A stretch of 63,954 bases of DNA, the filler included, from Aduncisulcus paluster (taxonomy: Eukaryota), in the NCBI GenBank assembly GCA_024181965.1. It is 5 parts of 5 records of this genome, joined end to end, with 100 filler letters (N's around TTAATTAATTAA, not from the genome) between each part and the next. Parts side by side here need not be neighbours in the genome. Positions count along the whole stretch, not along the records: positions 54,314 to 60,278 come from BQXS01011287.1; positions 60,379 to 63,954 come from BQXS01011296.1; 3 more parts are not named here. One strand, 5' to 3'. Below, in pieces: positions 54,314 through 63,954 of this stretch. Numbering within the stretch: the first letter of the stretch is position 1; the number at the start of each line of letters is the position of its first letter. Under the pieces are notes generated by a model, which was given only the letters and a program-made list of their open reading frames with translations, did not search any database and had not been told where the DNA came from. The position numbers were made by a program, and so were the translations under genes.

Positions 54314-56620
54314 GACGATTTTTTCTTTTAGCAAAGCTATTTCTTTCGCTTTGATAGATATTTCAGTTTGGTTATTCTCAAGTTCATCTGATTTTCGAAG
54401 AAGATCGGATTCATATTCTTTTTGAAGTTCTTGCATTTTAATCCTATTCATTTCTATTTCTTTCGCATGATTGGCGGTTTCTGTTCGCAATTTCTCATCA
54501 AGTTTATCCCGATTTTGAATGGCTTCTTGATGCAAAGCTTTTAATCGAAGAATTTCTTTGTCTTTCGAATCAAGTTCACGGGTTTGAGAGGAAAGTTGTT
54601 TGTTGACACGTTTGATGGTCTGTTCTTGATCGGTAAATTTAAACCCTAACTGGACGATTTTTTCTTTTAGCAAAGCTATTTCTTTCGCTTTGATAGATAT
54701 TTCAGTTTGGTTATTCTCAAGTTCATCTGATTTTCGAAGAAGATCGGATTCATATTCTTTTTGAAGTTCTTGCATTTTAATCCTATTCATTTCTATTTCT
54801 TTCGCATGATTGGCGGTTTCTGTTCGCAATTTCTCATCAAGTTTATCCCGATTTTGAATGGCTTCTTGATGCAAAGTCTTTAATCGAAGAATTTCTTTGT
54901 CTTTGGAATCAAGATCACTCAAGTGTGAAGCAATCTGCTCTTTGCCTTGTTCGATGATCTTCTCTTGCTCAGAAAGTTTGGAACGCAAATCAACAACTCT
55001 TTCCTCAACTAACTGAGAAATTGAGAGGGTGGTTTGGATTGAAACAGATGAACATTGAGTGCCTACACGGGCTCTAGGCTTATCAACAAAAGATGACATA
55101 TCAAAGCCTTGAAGAAGGGACTGAGAAGTATGTTTATCTAATTCTTTGCCACTAATTTTTACACCTTTCCCTTCACCAATTCCCAAAAAGACAACCATAA
55201 CTCGTTTCATGATTGATTTAACCAAATTTGAACATTTATCTTTTTCTTGGGATAGATTTCCTCTTATTCTGCTTTCAAGTCGACTAAATTCCTCGCCAAT
55301 TCGAACAACTCGTTCATTTTGTGCAGCTGACAAATTGGCTACATATTTATACAAGCCCATTGCTGAGGAGCTCAATATTGGGGAAAATATTTGAGAAGAA
55401 GAGGAGGAGGAAGAGGAGGAAGAAGAAGAGGAGCAAAGAGGAGGAACTGAGGACGTCTTGTCGGGGAATATCGTTTTAAATCGTTCCTCTATAAGTTTTG
55501 CTCGAGACATTACTGCTTGCATCATGTCTGCATATTCACGCAGGGTTGAATGAAGAACTCTATTCTCTAGCATAACTGCACGTAATATCTGCGAATGGGC
55601 AACAATATGCTCAGCTGAAGCCTGAACCTCGTATTCTGCAATAAATCTGAGTTGGCACTCAAAAACTCGTCGCATCATCTTCTCCTTAACAAGATGGGCG
55701 AGAGTCGATGAGAGCATGGAGACACATGCCTTGGCAATCATTGAATGCATATTTGCACGAAGTTCTGCTGAATATTGTGCTTTCTTGGCAACCACAAGTG
55801 AACGAGATATTAACTCATGATCTTGTTTTAGACACTCATACAGCTCTTCCAAAGTTTTCGGTGGCGACATACGTGGTTGATCAGGAGCGGAAGAGATATA
55901 TTCCTCACCAGTGTGTGAAGAACATGGGGGAGATGGAGTATTTAGAAATAGCCTCTTCCTTCTCTCAGAATCGATCTTTTTCAGCATGTCATCGGGGGAT
56001 TTGGAATGGGGGTCAATAGAAACAGTCGTAACAGTATCCTCTTTTTGTTTCGTTTTTAACCATTGTTCCATCATTTTACGAGAGGATCGATGAGTCTCCT
56101 TCGAAAGTTGGGCCATGGCTTCCTTGATAGCATGAGTGCAGTCAACCTCAGCGGTTCGAATGCTCTGTTGAATGTTATCACACAAAATGACATTATTTTT
56201 AAGTGGAATTTGTTGAGCCAGGAAATCATCAAATTCTCGACGAATTGAATCTCTTTCTTCCATCATCATGTCACGTTTTGCACATAAATCTTGAATCTGA
56301 TCCTTAAGGCGAATAATTTCTTCATTTATATCTCCAGGAGGAGAAGGAGTATGCGTCGAAAAAAAAGGTGTTTCATAAAAAGAAGTAGGAAAATCAGGAA
56401 ATTTTGGTAGGGGTGGGAAATCGAAACTTACAGTATATATTTCATCTTTTTCCTTTTCTTTCTTGTCATTGGATATAAATAAACTTATCTGGTTTTTCAA
56501 AAAACTATTCTCTTGTCCTAATTCTATCTTACCTTTTTTCAACTTTTCATTCTCTTCTAATAAATATCGTACCTTCAAAATTTCTGCTTCTTTTTCTATA
56601 TCGTAGCTTAATTCTATCAT
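54314..56620 (-). CDS. Hypothetical coiled-coil protein with 113-aa tandem repeats, 3'-truncated by gap
   Basis: Long open frame (first ATG 56620, frame open further upstream); LDSKDKEILRLK...LLKEKIV occurs twice with a 339-bp period. Confidence 0.75.
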
Positions 56621-56925
56621 TTTATCTATTATTTCATCGGGAAAAGCAAGTTGCAAAATGATGGTGTTGAAAAGGTCAATTATCTCAGTATATTTGAAGA
56701 TTTTATTATGTGTATTACAATATTAGTGAAAATTATTTGCACAAAATTTCCTAATTTTAACATAAGGAGGCACTAGATTGAGTCGACTCTATAGACCATA
56801 GTTCAACATAAATTCCAACATAAATTTATATATCAGCTAAAAAGTAGAGATAAAATAAGATTTTGGTGAAATAATTCTTGGAAAAATGATAATATGGAGA
56901 TTTCGGATAGTTGGTTCAGTTTTGG

Positions 56926-58016
56926 ATGAGATTTGATAAGAGGACAAAGAAATCACATCTTGAACAATGCCCTAGAGGTTGTCCACCTCCACTTAGCACC
57001 GAAATATGTAAGTAAGTTGCTGTATTTCTGTTTTCTGCTTATTTTTTCTTTATCTTTTAGTTTTATCATCTTTATTAGCTGGAGGGAGAAGGATATGTAG
57101 TTCTTGTGGTGCAGTCATTGAAAGGAATATTATTGATGAGTCAGCTGAAGCAAGGCAATTCGCAAGTGATGGTGGAGATCTTGCCAAGGACAGACAAAGG
57201 TCAGAATTGACGAGTAACCCGTTTTATACGGGGTCATATGTCTCTGGCCGTATGGAATATATGACTGCCGAGAGTCGAGGTGGCGGAGCACGAACAATTA
57301 TACGTTCAGATGCGGGTAAAAAATCAAAACACGATTTGATGATAGACCGTGCACGAGACTCGATTCGTTTACAGTGTCAGCGGCTACGAATCCATTCCAA
57401 ACATGTTGAAATTACGGCTTTGAGTTATTTTAATACATATTTACTGGCTCTCGATGAGTCAAAAACTGAGGAAGGCAAAAAGACAAAACGATACCCCATT
57501 GATTCCAAAGTCCCTTTCTATACCGCTGCTTGTCTTTTTAGGGCGTGTATTCTTGAGAGGGAAGAGATTCCCAAATCTTTTATTATCTCTTCCCTCCGAG
57601 ACATCCAAGAAAAGGACCTGAACAAGGCCGATAATGATCTAAGGAAGATGTGTTCCATAATTCCAAGGGGGAGGATCCCGCCTCATCGCCTAGTAGATCG
57701 AATTGTGTTCCAAATGAAGATCGACCAACAAGTATCGAGAGTTGGAGTGGCATTATGTGAGCAACGTGGAATTCAAAAAGTTCTTTCAGGCAAAATTGGA
57801 ACAGCAGCTGCAGCCATTGTGCTATTCCTTTTAGATAGGATTAGGAAGAGTGTCAAGGGACAAGACGCAAGAAGAGAGACAATCTGCAGGTTAATGGGGG
57901 TAACAAAGCCGACAGTGAATAATGCTCTCAAAGAAATGACACCAGCTCTTACAATTGGACTCGATATCTTACCTGAAGATGTGTCGCTAATTTGGGGGAA
58001 AATAAAATTAATTTAA
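56926..58016 (+). CDS. TFIIB: Transcription factor IIB-like protein (Zn ribbon + B-reader + two cyclin folds), two exons
   Basis: Exon 1 56926-57007 MRFDKRTKKSHLEQCPRGCPPPLSTEI; exon 2 from 57079 (S)GGRRICSSCGAVIERNIIDESAEARQF; AACLFRAC, IGTAAAAIV, ICRLMGVTKPTV. Confidence 0.82.
57008..57078 (+). other. Spliceosomal intron in TFIIB (71 nt, phase 1)
   Basis: GTAAGT...TATTAG; splicing unites the two Cys pairs of the zinc ribbon. Alternative in-frame acceptor at 57060. Confidence 0.8.
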
Positions 58017-58373
58017 TTCTATACTTATTTTATTCGTTGTTTCTATCCTGAATTACATGTATTACACGATATCACTATCTGAGATTGCCAACCCAGTGGT
58101 GTTTTCTCAATTTCTCCTTCGTTGAAACAAATTGTATGTTTTCTATACGTCATATCTTTTATTAAATATGCATTAAGACATATTTTAATCGATGACTCCC
58201 AATTATACTAACTATATTGTGCTGTGTGGTCGTTTCTTGTTCGTTTTATTAGTTTTGTCTTTGTTTCTCGGATCGTTCTCCTTGAAATTCGCAATTATTC
58301 TGTTTGTTTACAAATACTACTATTATTCTGCTTGGTTTTATTTTTTAGATAAGAAATTCTATTTCTATTTCAA

Positions 58374-59456
58374 ATGAGTTCATCCACAGGTGTTATTATT
58401 CAAACTGTGGAACCTGTGTTTGTTCATGAAGGAGATAAGTATTGCTGTCCAATTCCTAGAGATGTCCCCAATATTAAGAGTGCAGAGTTTCCAACTATCA
58501 AAGCAATAGATGGAACTGAGGAAGAAGGTGATGAAAAGTACGATCAGAGTTCTAACGCACAATCTATGATGAAAGGAGAGTATCATCAAGGAATCTTTAC
58601 GCATATCTCCATTCCTTTCTCCTCATCTTCACCAATGAAAGGAGCTTATATCTGTCTTGATAGTGATTCTCCATCACACCTTACCTTCACTCTCACATCT
58701 TCAAAGGGTGATGAAACATCCAAGAAATACGAGTTTCCTGAATTTAAAGGTTGTCATTGGTATTTCCTTCCTGTTGATCTCCCTGATGTTGTTCTATGTG
58801 AGATTACAGGGAAAGGAAGAGAGGAAGAGTATTTTGGAATACGTTCCCTTGTTTTCATCAGAGAAGAAACTCTTGAAGAAATCACGTTTCGTGAAGCCAG
58901 AGAGAAATTATGGTCTGAAGCTCCAGTTGTGAAACCAGAGTTTGTTAAGGAAGGTGGTAAAAAATCTATTACCATTCCACGAGCTGATCCAAAGCTTGTA
59001 GCTCATTCATTCACAATGGTTAAGGGCAAGGATGATTCGTTTAGTAAGGAATCTGAGGAATATGATCAGAGTTCAGATGCACAAAGAATGTTGAAAGGGG
59101 AAGATAGTGTTTACTTATCCCATCTTTCCATCCCTTTCCCATCACCTAGTCCAATGAAAGGTGCTTATATCTGTGTGGATAAGGAGTTGAGTTCCCCTTC
59201 TCTTCTCTTTACTTTCACTGATTGTGCTGGTAAGAAGACATCCAAGAAGTATGAATTCACAAAACCTAAACATTGGTATGAATGGCACTTCCTTCCTATT
59301 GATTTGTGTAATGTTGTATTGTGCGAAATTGAAGGGAAAGGAAGGTGGAAAGAGAAGAATAGAAGAGATTTTTGGATCTACTCCCTTGTTTTTACTACCA
59401 TTCCAGAGGAAATTATTGTTGAACGATTATGTCTTCTTCCGTGGAATAGTTTTTAA
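58374..59456 (+). CDS. Lineage-expanded hypothetical protein with two tandem ~160-aa repeats
   Basis: Repeat motif PIPR.DP...YDQSS.AQ.M.KGE...H.SIPF.S.SPMKGAYIC...TSKKYEF...W.FLP.DL..VVLCEI.GKG...SLVF occurs twice; paralogs at 62539-63627 and 41097-41922. Confidence 0.88.
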   Translation: MSSSTGVIIQTVEPVFVHEGDKYCCPIPRDVPNIKSAEFPTIKAIDGTEEEGDEKYDQSSNAQSMMKGEYHQGIFTHISIPFSSSSPMKGAYICLDSDSPSHLTFTLTSSKGDETSKKYEFPEFKGCHWYFLPVDLPDVVLCEITGKGREEEYFGIRSLVFIREETLEEITFREAREKLWSEAPVVKPEFVKEGGKKSITIPRADPKLVAHSFTMVKGKDDSFSKESEEYDQSSDAQRMLKGEDSVYLSHLSIPFPSPSPMKGAYICVDKELSSPSLLFTFTDCAGKKTSKKYEFTKPKHWYEWHFLPIDLCNVVLCEIEGKGRWKEKNRRDFWIYSLVFTTIPEEIIVERLCLLPWNSF

Positions 59457-59595
59457 CGTCGAATACCATTCGGAATGGGCGTCTATCATTTCGAGACTGA
59501 CCTTTTCAGTTGCCAAGGATGATCATAAGGTATTCAACGTTAAATGTTGAACATTTAATGTCAATTGAATCATTTTATTGTCTATAATATAGACT

Positions 59596-60278
59596 CTATA
59601 ATTCCTTCGATATTATTGCTTTAAAATCCTCAAGGAGGTTATGGGTTGATAGGGGAGTCGATTCGAGATGAGGATCTTGGGCTGGAGGTAGAGTCAAAGA
59701 AGGCGGAGGGCACCACACCTCTTTCCCGAACAATCCAATAATAGGAACAAATATTGAAGCTCCACAGGATACATTTCGAATTTCAGTGAGGTCAGTTGAA
59801 GTAAAAATGTCATCAACATGAGTTCTTTTCTCGCATTTCGAGGCATAATCATTCAACATGTCCCGTAATACACTTTCATCATATTCTTGAAGTTGATATT
59901 TGCTCACAAGTTGACTCGAAGCAAGTACTGATCCATCTTTCTTCATGAGACTGAGGGAATCTGGACTTACAGTCTTGAATAGATCTCCATCGTCATTCTC
60001 TCCCTTCAAAATGAGTTGTTCCCCACTTTTCTTTATAGATTCATAATGTTTTATCCGCGATTTATCTCTTTTCTTTATCTCACTGATTAACTTCTTTGTG
60101 CTTCTAAACCAAACGCATAATTCTCTGCCACAAATAGAACTTAAGAGATCGCTGTTTATCTCATTGGCCTCGTCAAGAGAAAGGGATGATAGATTCTGTT
60201 TTGGAAATATGATGGCTTTTCCAGAATCATAGAGAGCACAATGTTTACGAGAAAATATCTTTCTAAGTGGAAGCAATG
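59596..60278 (-). CDS. 3' part of a hypothetical protein, 5' end lost in gap
   Basis: 226-codon stop-free frame abutting the spacer; no family recognised. Confidence 0.65.
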
Positions 60279-60378
60279 NNNNNNNNNNNNNNNNNNNNNN
60301 NNNNNNNNNNNNNNNNNNNNNNTTAATTAATTAANNNNNNNNNNNNNNNNNNNNNNNNNNNNNNNNNNNNNNNNNNNN
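60279..60378. other. Artificial contig spacer N44-TTAATTAATTAA-N44
   Basis: Same structure as the other spacers. Confidence 0.97.
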
Positions 60379-60379
60379 G

Positions 60380-61879
60380 TCCACATGTTCGGATGAAGGT
60401 TGTGGGTTGTTGTCATCTGGTGAAACTGCTTGTTATGACCATGGAACGTGTGTTCAGGATGATTCTGGATCAAGTTATTGCTACTGTTCCCCAGGTTGGG
60501 ATGTGGCAACTGCTTGTAACACTGTGAATGGTGACTGTGGTGACTCTGCTGATAGTTTTTGCTCAGGAAATAGTGGTGAATGTGTCTCCATTGATTATCT
60601 TACTGGAGAAAGTATGTGTGAATGTAAGGAAGGTTGGGATGGAGATCTTTGTACTGATGACATTTGTGTGTGTGATCCTGACCATGGATTGGCATGCAAC
60701 ACAAACTCCACCACTGGAGAACGAGTGTGTTTATGTCTGGAAGGTTGGAGTGGGCCTTCATGTTCGGTTCCTTCTTGTAGCTGCGGTGACACTGGTTCTT
60801 GTGTTCTCCAGAGCAGTGGTGCCTTGGTTTGTGAGTGTATTCTTGGTTGGGGTGGTTCGGAATGTTCTGTGGACACCTGTGGGTCCCAATGCATCACGCT
60901 TGGAGATGGGAAAAGAGTTAATATTTCAATGCAGAATCAACAAATGTCTTTCCATAATTCTTCTTCAAGTTCTGGGTCACTATTCCCACTTATTAATCAT
61001 GCCAAATCCAATGGCATTGTGTCGTCATCTCATTTATTGAAGGGTTCATTGATATTGATCCCGAATTCAACAGACAAACTTGCCTCAAGTGAGGATATGA
61101 CTCTTTGTGATGGTTTCCATACATTTTCACGCGAAATTTTAGAGGATGATATCGAACATTATCTTGTGATCTGTATTGATTCGGAATGCCATGAAGTCCA
61201 GACAGAAACGTTCACTGGTGAAGTCACTGAGTATATTTCAAGCTCCCAGAATGCTTATGAAGATATTGTTCCAGTTCCAGTCCTCACTTCTGTTTTTTCA
61301 ACAAATACTTCATACATTACTCACTCTGTCTCTGCCTCTTCCTCTTCCTCTTCTTCAAGTTCTTCCGCAAGCCCTTTCTCAAGCTTTTCCTTGATTAGTA
61401 ACTCTCTTTATGATGAGATTGTCAGCTCTTCTCTCTGTTTCGACTCCTTGGATTCTCTCCCTTTCAGGTGCACATCTGAAGTCAACGGATCTCTCCTCAT
61501 GCTCGATGGAGCTGTTTATGCTTGTATTGGAATACTTTGGAGACCAATCCAGGGTTCTTCAAATGGTGTAGATGGAACCTTGACTGATATTGGTGATGAT
61601 GCGAGTTATGATAGGCTTTATCAAGTTTTCTCTTCAGATTTGTTTGATGAGGCCGTAATCAAAGGAAGGGGAATGGATGGATTTGGTTTCACTTCTGAAA
61701 TATCTGAGAATGATGTTCATTCCAAGTATTATGAATCTGTACATTCTTCAACGATTATTCTGCCTCTTCTTAAGGCCAATTCTCGTTCATTTTCAGGATG
61801 TTCAATCTTCTTCGACACTATTTCTGATGATATTATTGTCTGTTGTGATGAAGAATGTTCGAAGATTGTCTTTTCATGA
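60380..61879 (+). CDS. 3' part of a Cys-rich EGF-like (tenascin-type) repeat protein
   Basis: Four C.C..GW...C repeats (CYCSPGWDVATAC, CECKEGWDGDLC, CLCLEGWSGPSC, CECILGWGGSEC) followed by an acidic Ser-rich domain; frame open from 60380. Confidence 0.85.
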   Translation, partial: STCSDEGCGLLSSGETACYDHGTCVQDDSGSSYCYCSPGWDVATACNTVNGDCGDSADSFCSGNSGECVSIDYLTGESMCECKEGWDGDLCTDDICVCDPDHGLACNTNSTTGERVCLCLEGWSGPSCSVPSCSCGDTGSCVLQSSGALVCECILGWGGSECSVDTCGSQCITLGDGKRVNISMQNQQMSFHNSSSSSGSLFPLINHAKSNGIVSSSHLLKGSLILIPNSTDKLASSEDMTLCDGFHTFSREILEDDIEHYLVICIDSECHEVQTETFTGEVTEYISSSQNAYEDIVPVPVLTSVFSTNTSYITHSVSASSSSSSSSSSASPFSSFSLISNSLYDEIVSSSLCFDSLDSLPFRCTSEVNGSLLMLDGAVYACIGILWRPIQGSSNGVDGTLTDIGDDASYDRLYQVFSSDLFDEAVIKGRGMDGFGFTSEISENDVHSKYYESVHSSTIILPLLKANSRSFSGCSIFFDTISDDIIVCCDEECSKIVFS

Positions 61880-62538
61880 TAATATTAACATGCAGCTCTT
61901 TTTAACTATAATATTATTCCTAAAAATTTTTTATTAACACATAATTTTTAATTTTAATTATTTAATTTTTCAACTGAATCCTGCTTCAATTCTATTCTAT
62001 TCTGATAACACTAAATTTGAGGTCAAATTGGATTTCCTCTCAGAGAATCTGAATTTATCAATTTAGATTTTTTTATTGCAATAGTTGCAATATAATTTAT
62101 GTTCTTGATTTCGCAATTTCCCCCATTTTTTTCTGTTGAAACTTTTGGTCCTTTTTCTATTTTTATACAATCTGAGAATATTCTGTTTTTTGTTTCTCTC
62201 TTCTTCTAATACTTTTTGGAGAGATTATTATTGTATTTTGTGATCAAACAGAGTAACAAACAATTGACTCAATTGAATTAACATCGAAAAAGAAAAAAAA
62301 GATAATTCTTCCTAAATAAAGATAGATGATTAAATCGTTTTGCTAACCAAAATGTTTGAACAAGATTCTTGTTTCAAGAAACATATGTTACATATTGTAA
62401 ATTTGAAGAATACGATCAAGAAGAACGGAAAAATCACAAAATGCAGATGTGTAAGAAGAGGAAAAGGAAAAGATGGGTGGAAATGACAAACTTGGACAAG
62501 AAAATTAATTGGCATCAAAAAATTCTAATTCTCTTAAC

Positions 62539-63627
62539 TTATTTCCATGGAAGTAAGGATAATTGTTCAGAGATAAGATATTCTTCAGATTTAGTGAAAA
62601 CAAGGGAGAAGATATAGAAATATGGACAATTCTTACATCTCCACGTTCCTTTCCCTTCAATCTCACACAATAAAACATTCAGCAAAAATATAGGAAGGAA
62701 GTACCAAGCAAATCTATATTTAGGTTTTGGAAATTCATATTTTTTCGATGTTTTCTTCCCATCAGAAAGAGTGAAAGTAAAGAGAAGAGCGGGAGAACTA
62801 TTGAAAATATCAACACATATATACGCACCTTTCATTGAAGAATAAGATGGTGGGAAAGGGATGGAAAGATGGGACAAGTATACAAAATCTTCCCCTTTCA
62901 ACATTTTTTGTGCATTAAAACTCCTATCATACCATCGAGATTCCTTACTATACGTGTCATCCTTGCACTTAACAATTGATAATGAAGGATTAATGACCAT
63001 TGGATCATCACGTGGAATGGGAACAGGTTTTCTACCATCAGATCTTTTTTCTCCTTCCCAAATAAACTCTGGTTTCACTACTTCAGCTTCAGTCCATAGT
63101 TTTTCTTTGGCGACACGAGCTAAAATTTCTTCCGGTGTTTCTTCTCGAAAGAAAATGAGAGTTTCGATTCTAAAATACTCTTTATCGCTTCCTTTCCCTG
63201 TGATCTCACAAAGAACCACATCAGGTAGATCAACAGGAAGGAAATACCAATGCTTCCCAATAAATTCAGCAAAATCGTATTTCTTGGATGTTTTATCACC
63301 CTTTATGGATGTGAAAGTGAAGGTAAGGTGACATACAGAAGTCAGATAAATATAGGCACCTTTCATTGGGGAAGCAAAAGAGAAAGGAATGGAGATATAA
63401 GTAAAGTGTCCATTATTCCATTCTCCTTTCATCATGTTTTGTGCATCAAAACTTCTATCGTACCCAACTTGGCCTTCTTTCTTGGTTTCATTTCTTGCTT
63501 TGACACTCAGAAATTCAGGACTCCTAATATTGGGGGAATCAAAAGGAATTGGACGGAAATTCCATGAAGTACTATCAATAATACACTCTGGTTTCACACT
63601 TTGAATGGAACTAGATGAACAACTCAT
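62539..63627 (-). CDS. Lineage-expanded two-repeat hypothetical protein (paralog of 58374-59456)
   Basis: ATG at 63627 (MSCSSSSIQSVKPE); same two repeats, EKLW.EA.VVKPEF linker and LLPW C-terminus. Confidence 0.88.
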   Translation of the reverse strand: MSCSSSSIQSVKPECIIDSTSWNFRPIPFDSPNIRSPEFLSVKARNETKKEGQVGYDRSFDAQNMMKGEWNNGHFTYISIPFSFASPMKGAYIYLTSVCHLTFTFTSIKGDKTSKKYDFAEFIGKHWYFLPVDLPDVVLCEITGKGSDKEYFRIETLIFFREETPEEILARVAKEKLWTEAEVVKPEFIWEGEKRSDGRKPVPIPRDDPMVINPSLSIVKCKDDTYSKESRWYDRSFNAQKMLKGEDFVYLSHLSIPFPPSYSSMKGAYICVDIFNSSPALLFTFTLSDGKKTSKKYEFPKPKYRFAWYFLPIFLLNVLLCEIEGKGTWRCKNCPYFYIFSLVFTKSEEYLISEQLSLLPWK

Positions 63628-63954
63628 TGGCAATACAGTTTCAATTTAAGTGGAAATAAGAAGATGAAGATCTACAATATTTGATTGAATAAAAGAAAAA
63701 ATTTGAATAAATAAAGTTATAAAAAGATGAAAATAAACCCAGAAAACCTCAACAGAAACAAACGAGATGGAACAAAGCCTTGAGAAAGGACACAGAGGAA
63801 ACTTTAACGGCCATCATGGAGAGTGAACATGCGACGGACGAACAGAAAGAATCGGCAAAAACCCAATTGATCGCTCTGAGAGGTAACGCTACGAAAAGGA
63901 ATGTGATGAACTATCTGCTGCTCAAACACCCTTTCGTGGGAGACAGGACGGAGC

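Noticed and set aside
63780-63954. Hammerhead ribozyme or SRP RNA in the GC-richer right edge
   Set aside because: No CUGANGA/GAAA core in the correct arrangement and no convincing SRP helix 8; the region is cut by the window edge.
1-63954. Alternative genetic code (TAA/TAG as Gln, as in hexamitid diplomonads), transposases, tRNA or rRNA genes
   Set aside because: Conserved genes end properly at TAA, TAG and TGA with no internal stops; no transposase/RT motifs, cloverleafs or rRNA signatures were recognised by eye.

Overview
Gene-dense, AT-rich-intergenic eukaryotic (protist) scaffold using the standard genetic code, with a few short GT-AG introns. Gene content and style (hydrogenosome/MRO-type ferredoxin presequence, Giardia-type transcarboxylase architecture, CHMP7, expanded divergent kinases and an expanded two-repeat family) point to a free-living fornicate/metamonad such as Aduncisulcus; this taxonomic call is inference. 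The window is a draft assembly: five contigs joined by 100-nt N-TTAATTAATTAA-N spacers, four 20-N gaps each flanked by a duplicated overlap, and several artefactual duplications. Recognisable genes: TIP30-like oxidoreductase, PARG, Utp21, proteasome alpha7, two RRM paralogs, NOL10, a KH protein, an LRR protein, a kinase, epsilon-tubulin, Mtr4, [2Fe-2S] ferredoxin, DRG1, Mad1, CHMP7, a probable gamma-tubulin complex component, a DUF789 protein, MCTS1, TFIIB and an EGF-repeat protein. Seven introns missed by the ORF track were reconstructed by hand. The most interesting observations are: (1) a 2,500-aa transcarboxylase-like fusion (acyl-CoA CT + pyruvate CT + biotin-carrier fold) with an intact frame but degenerate catalytic, metal-binding and biotin-attachment motifs; (2) recurrent CTAAAAATAG (MEF2-type) sites, twice as the same 25-bp double element; (3) chains of interlocking short-spacer palindromes next to the 3' ends of expanded-family genes; (4) a candidate structured ncRNA downstream of NOL10.
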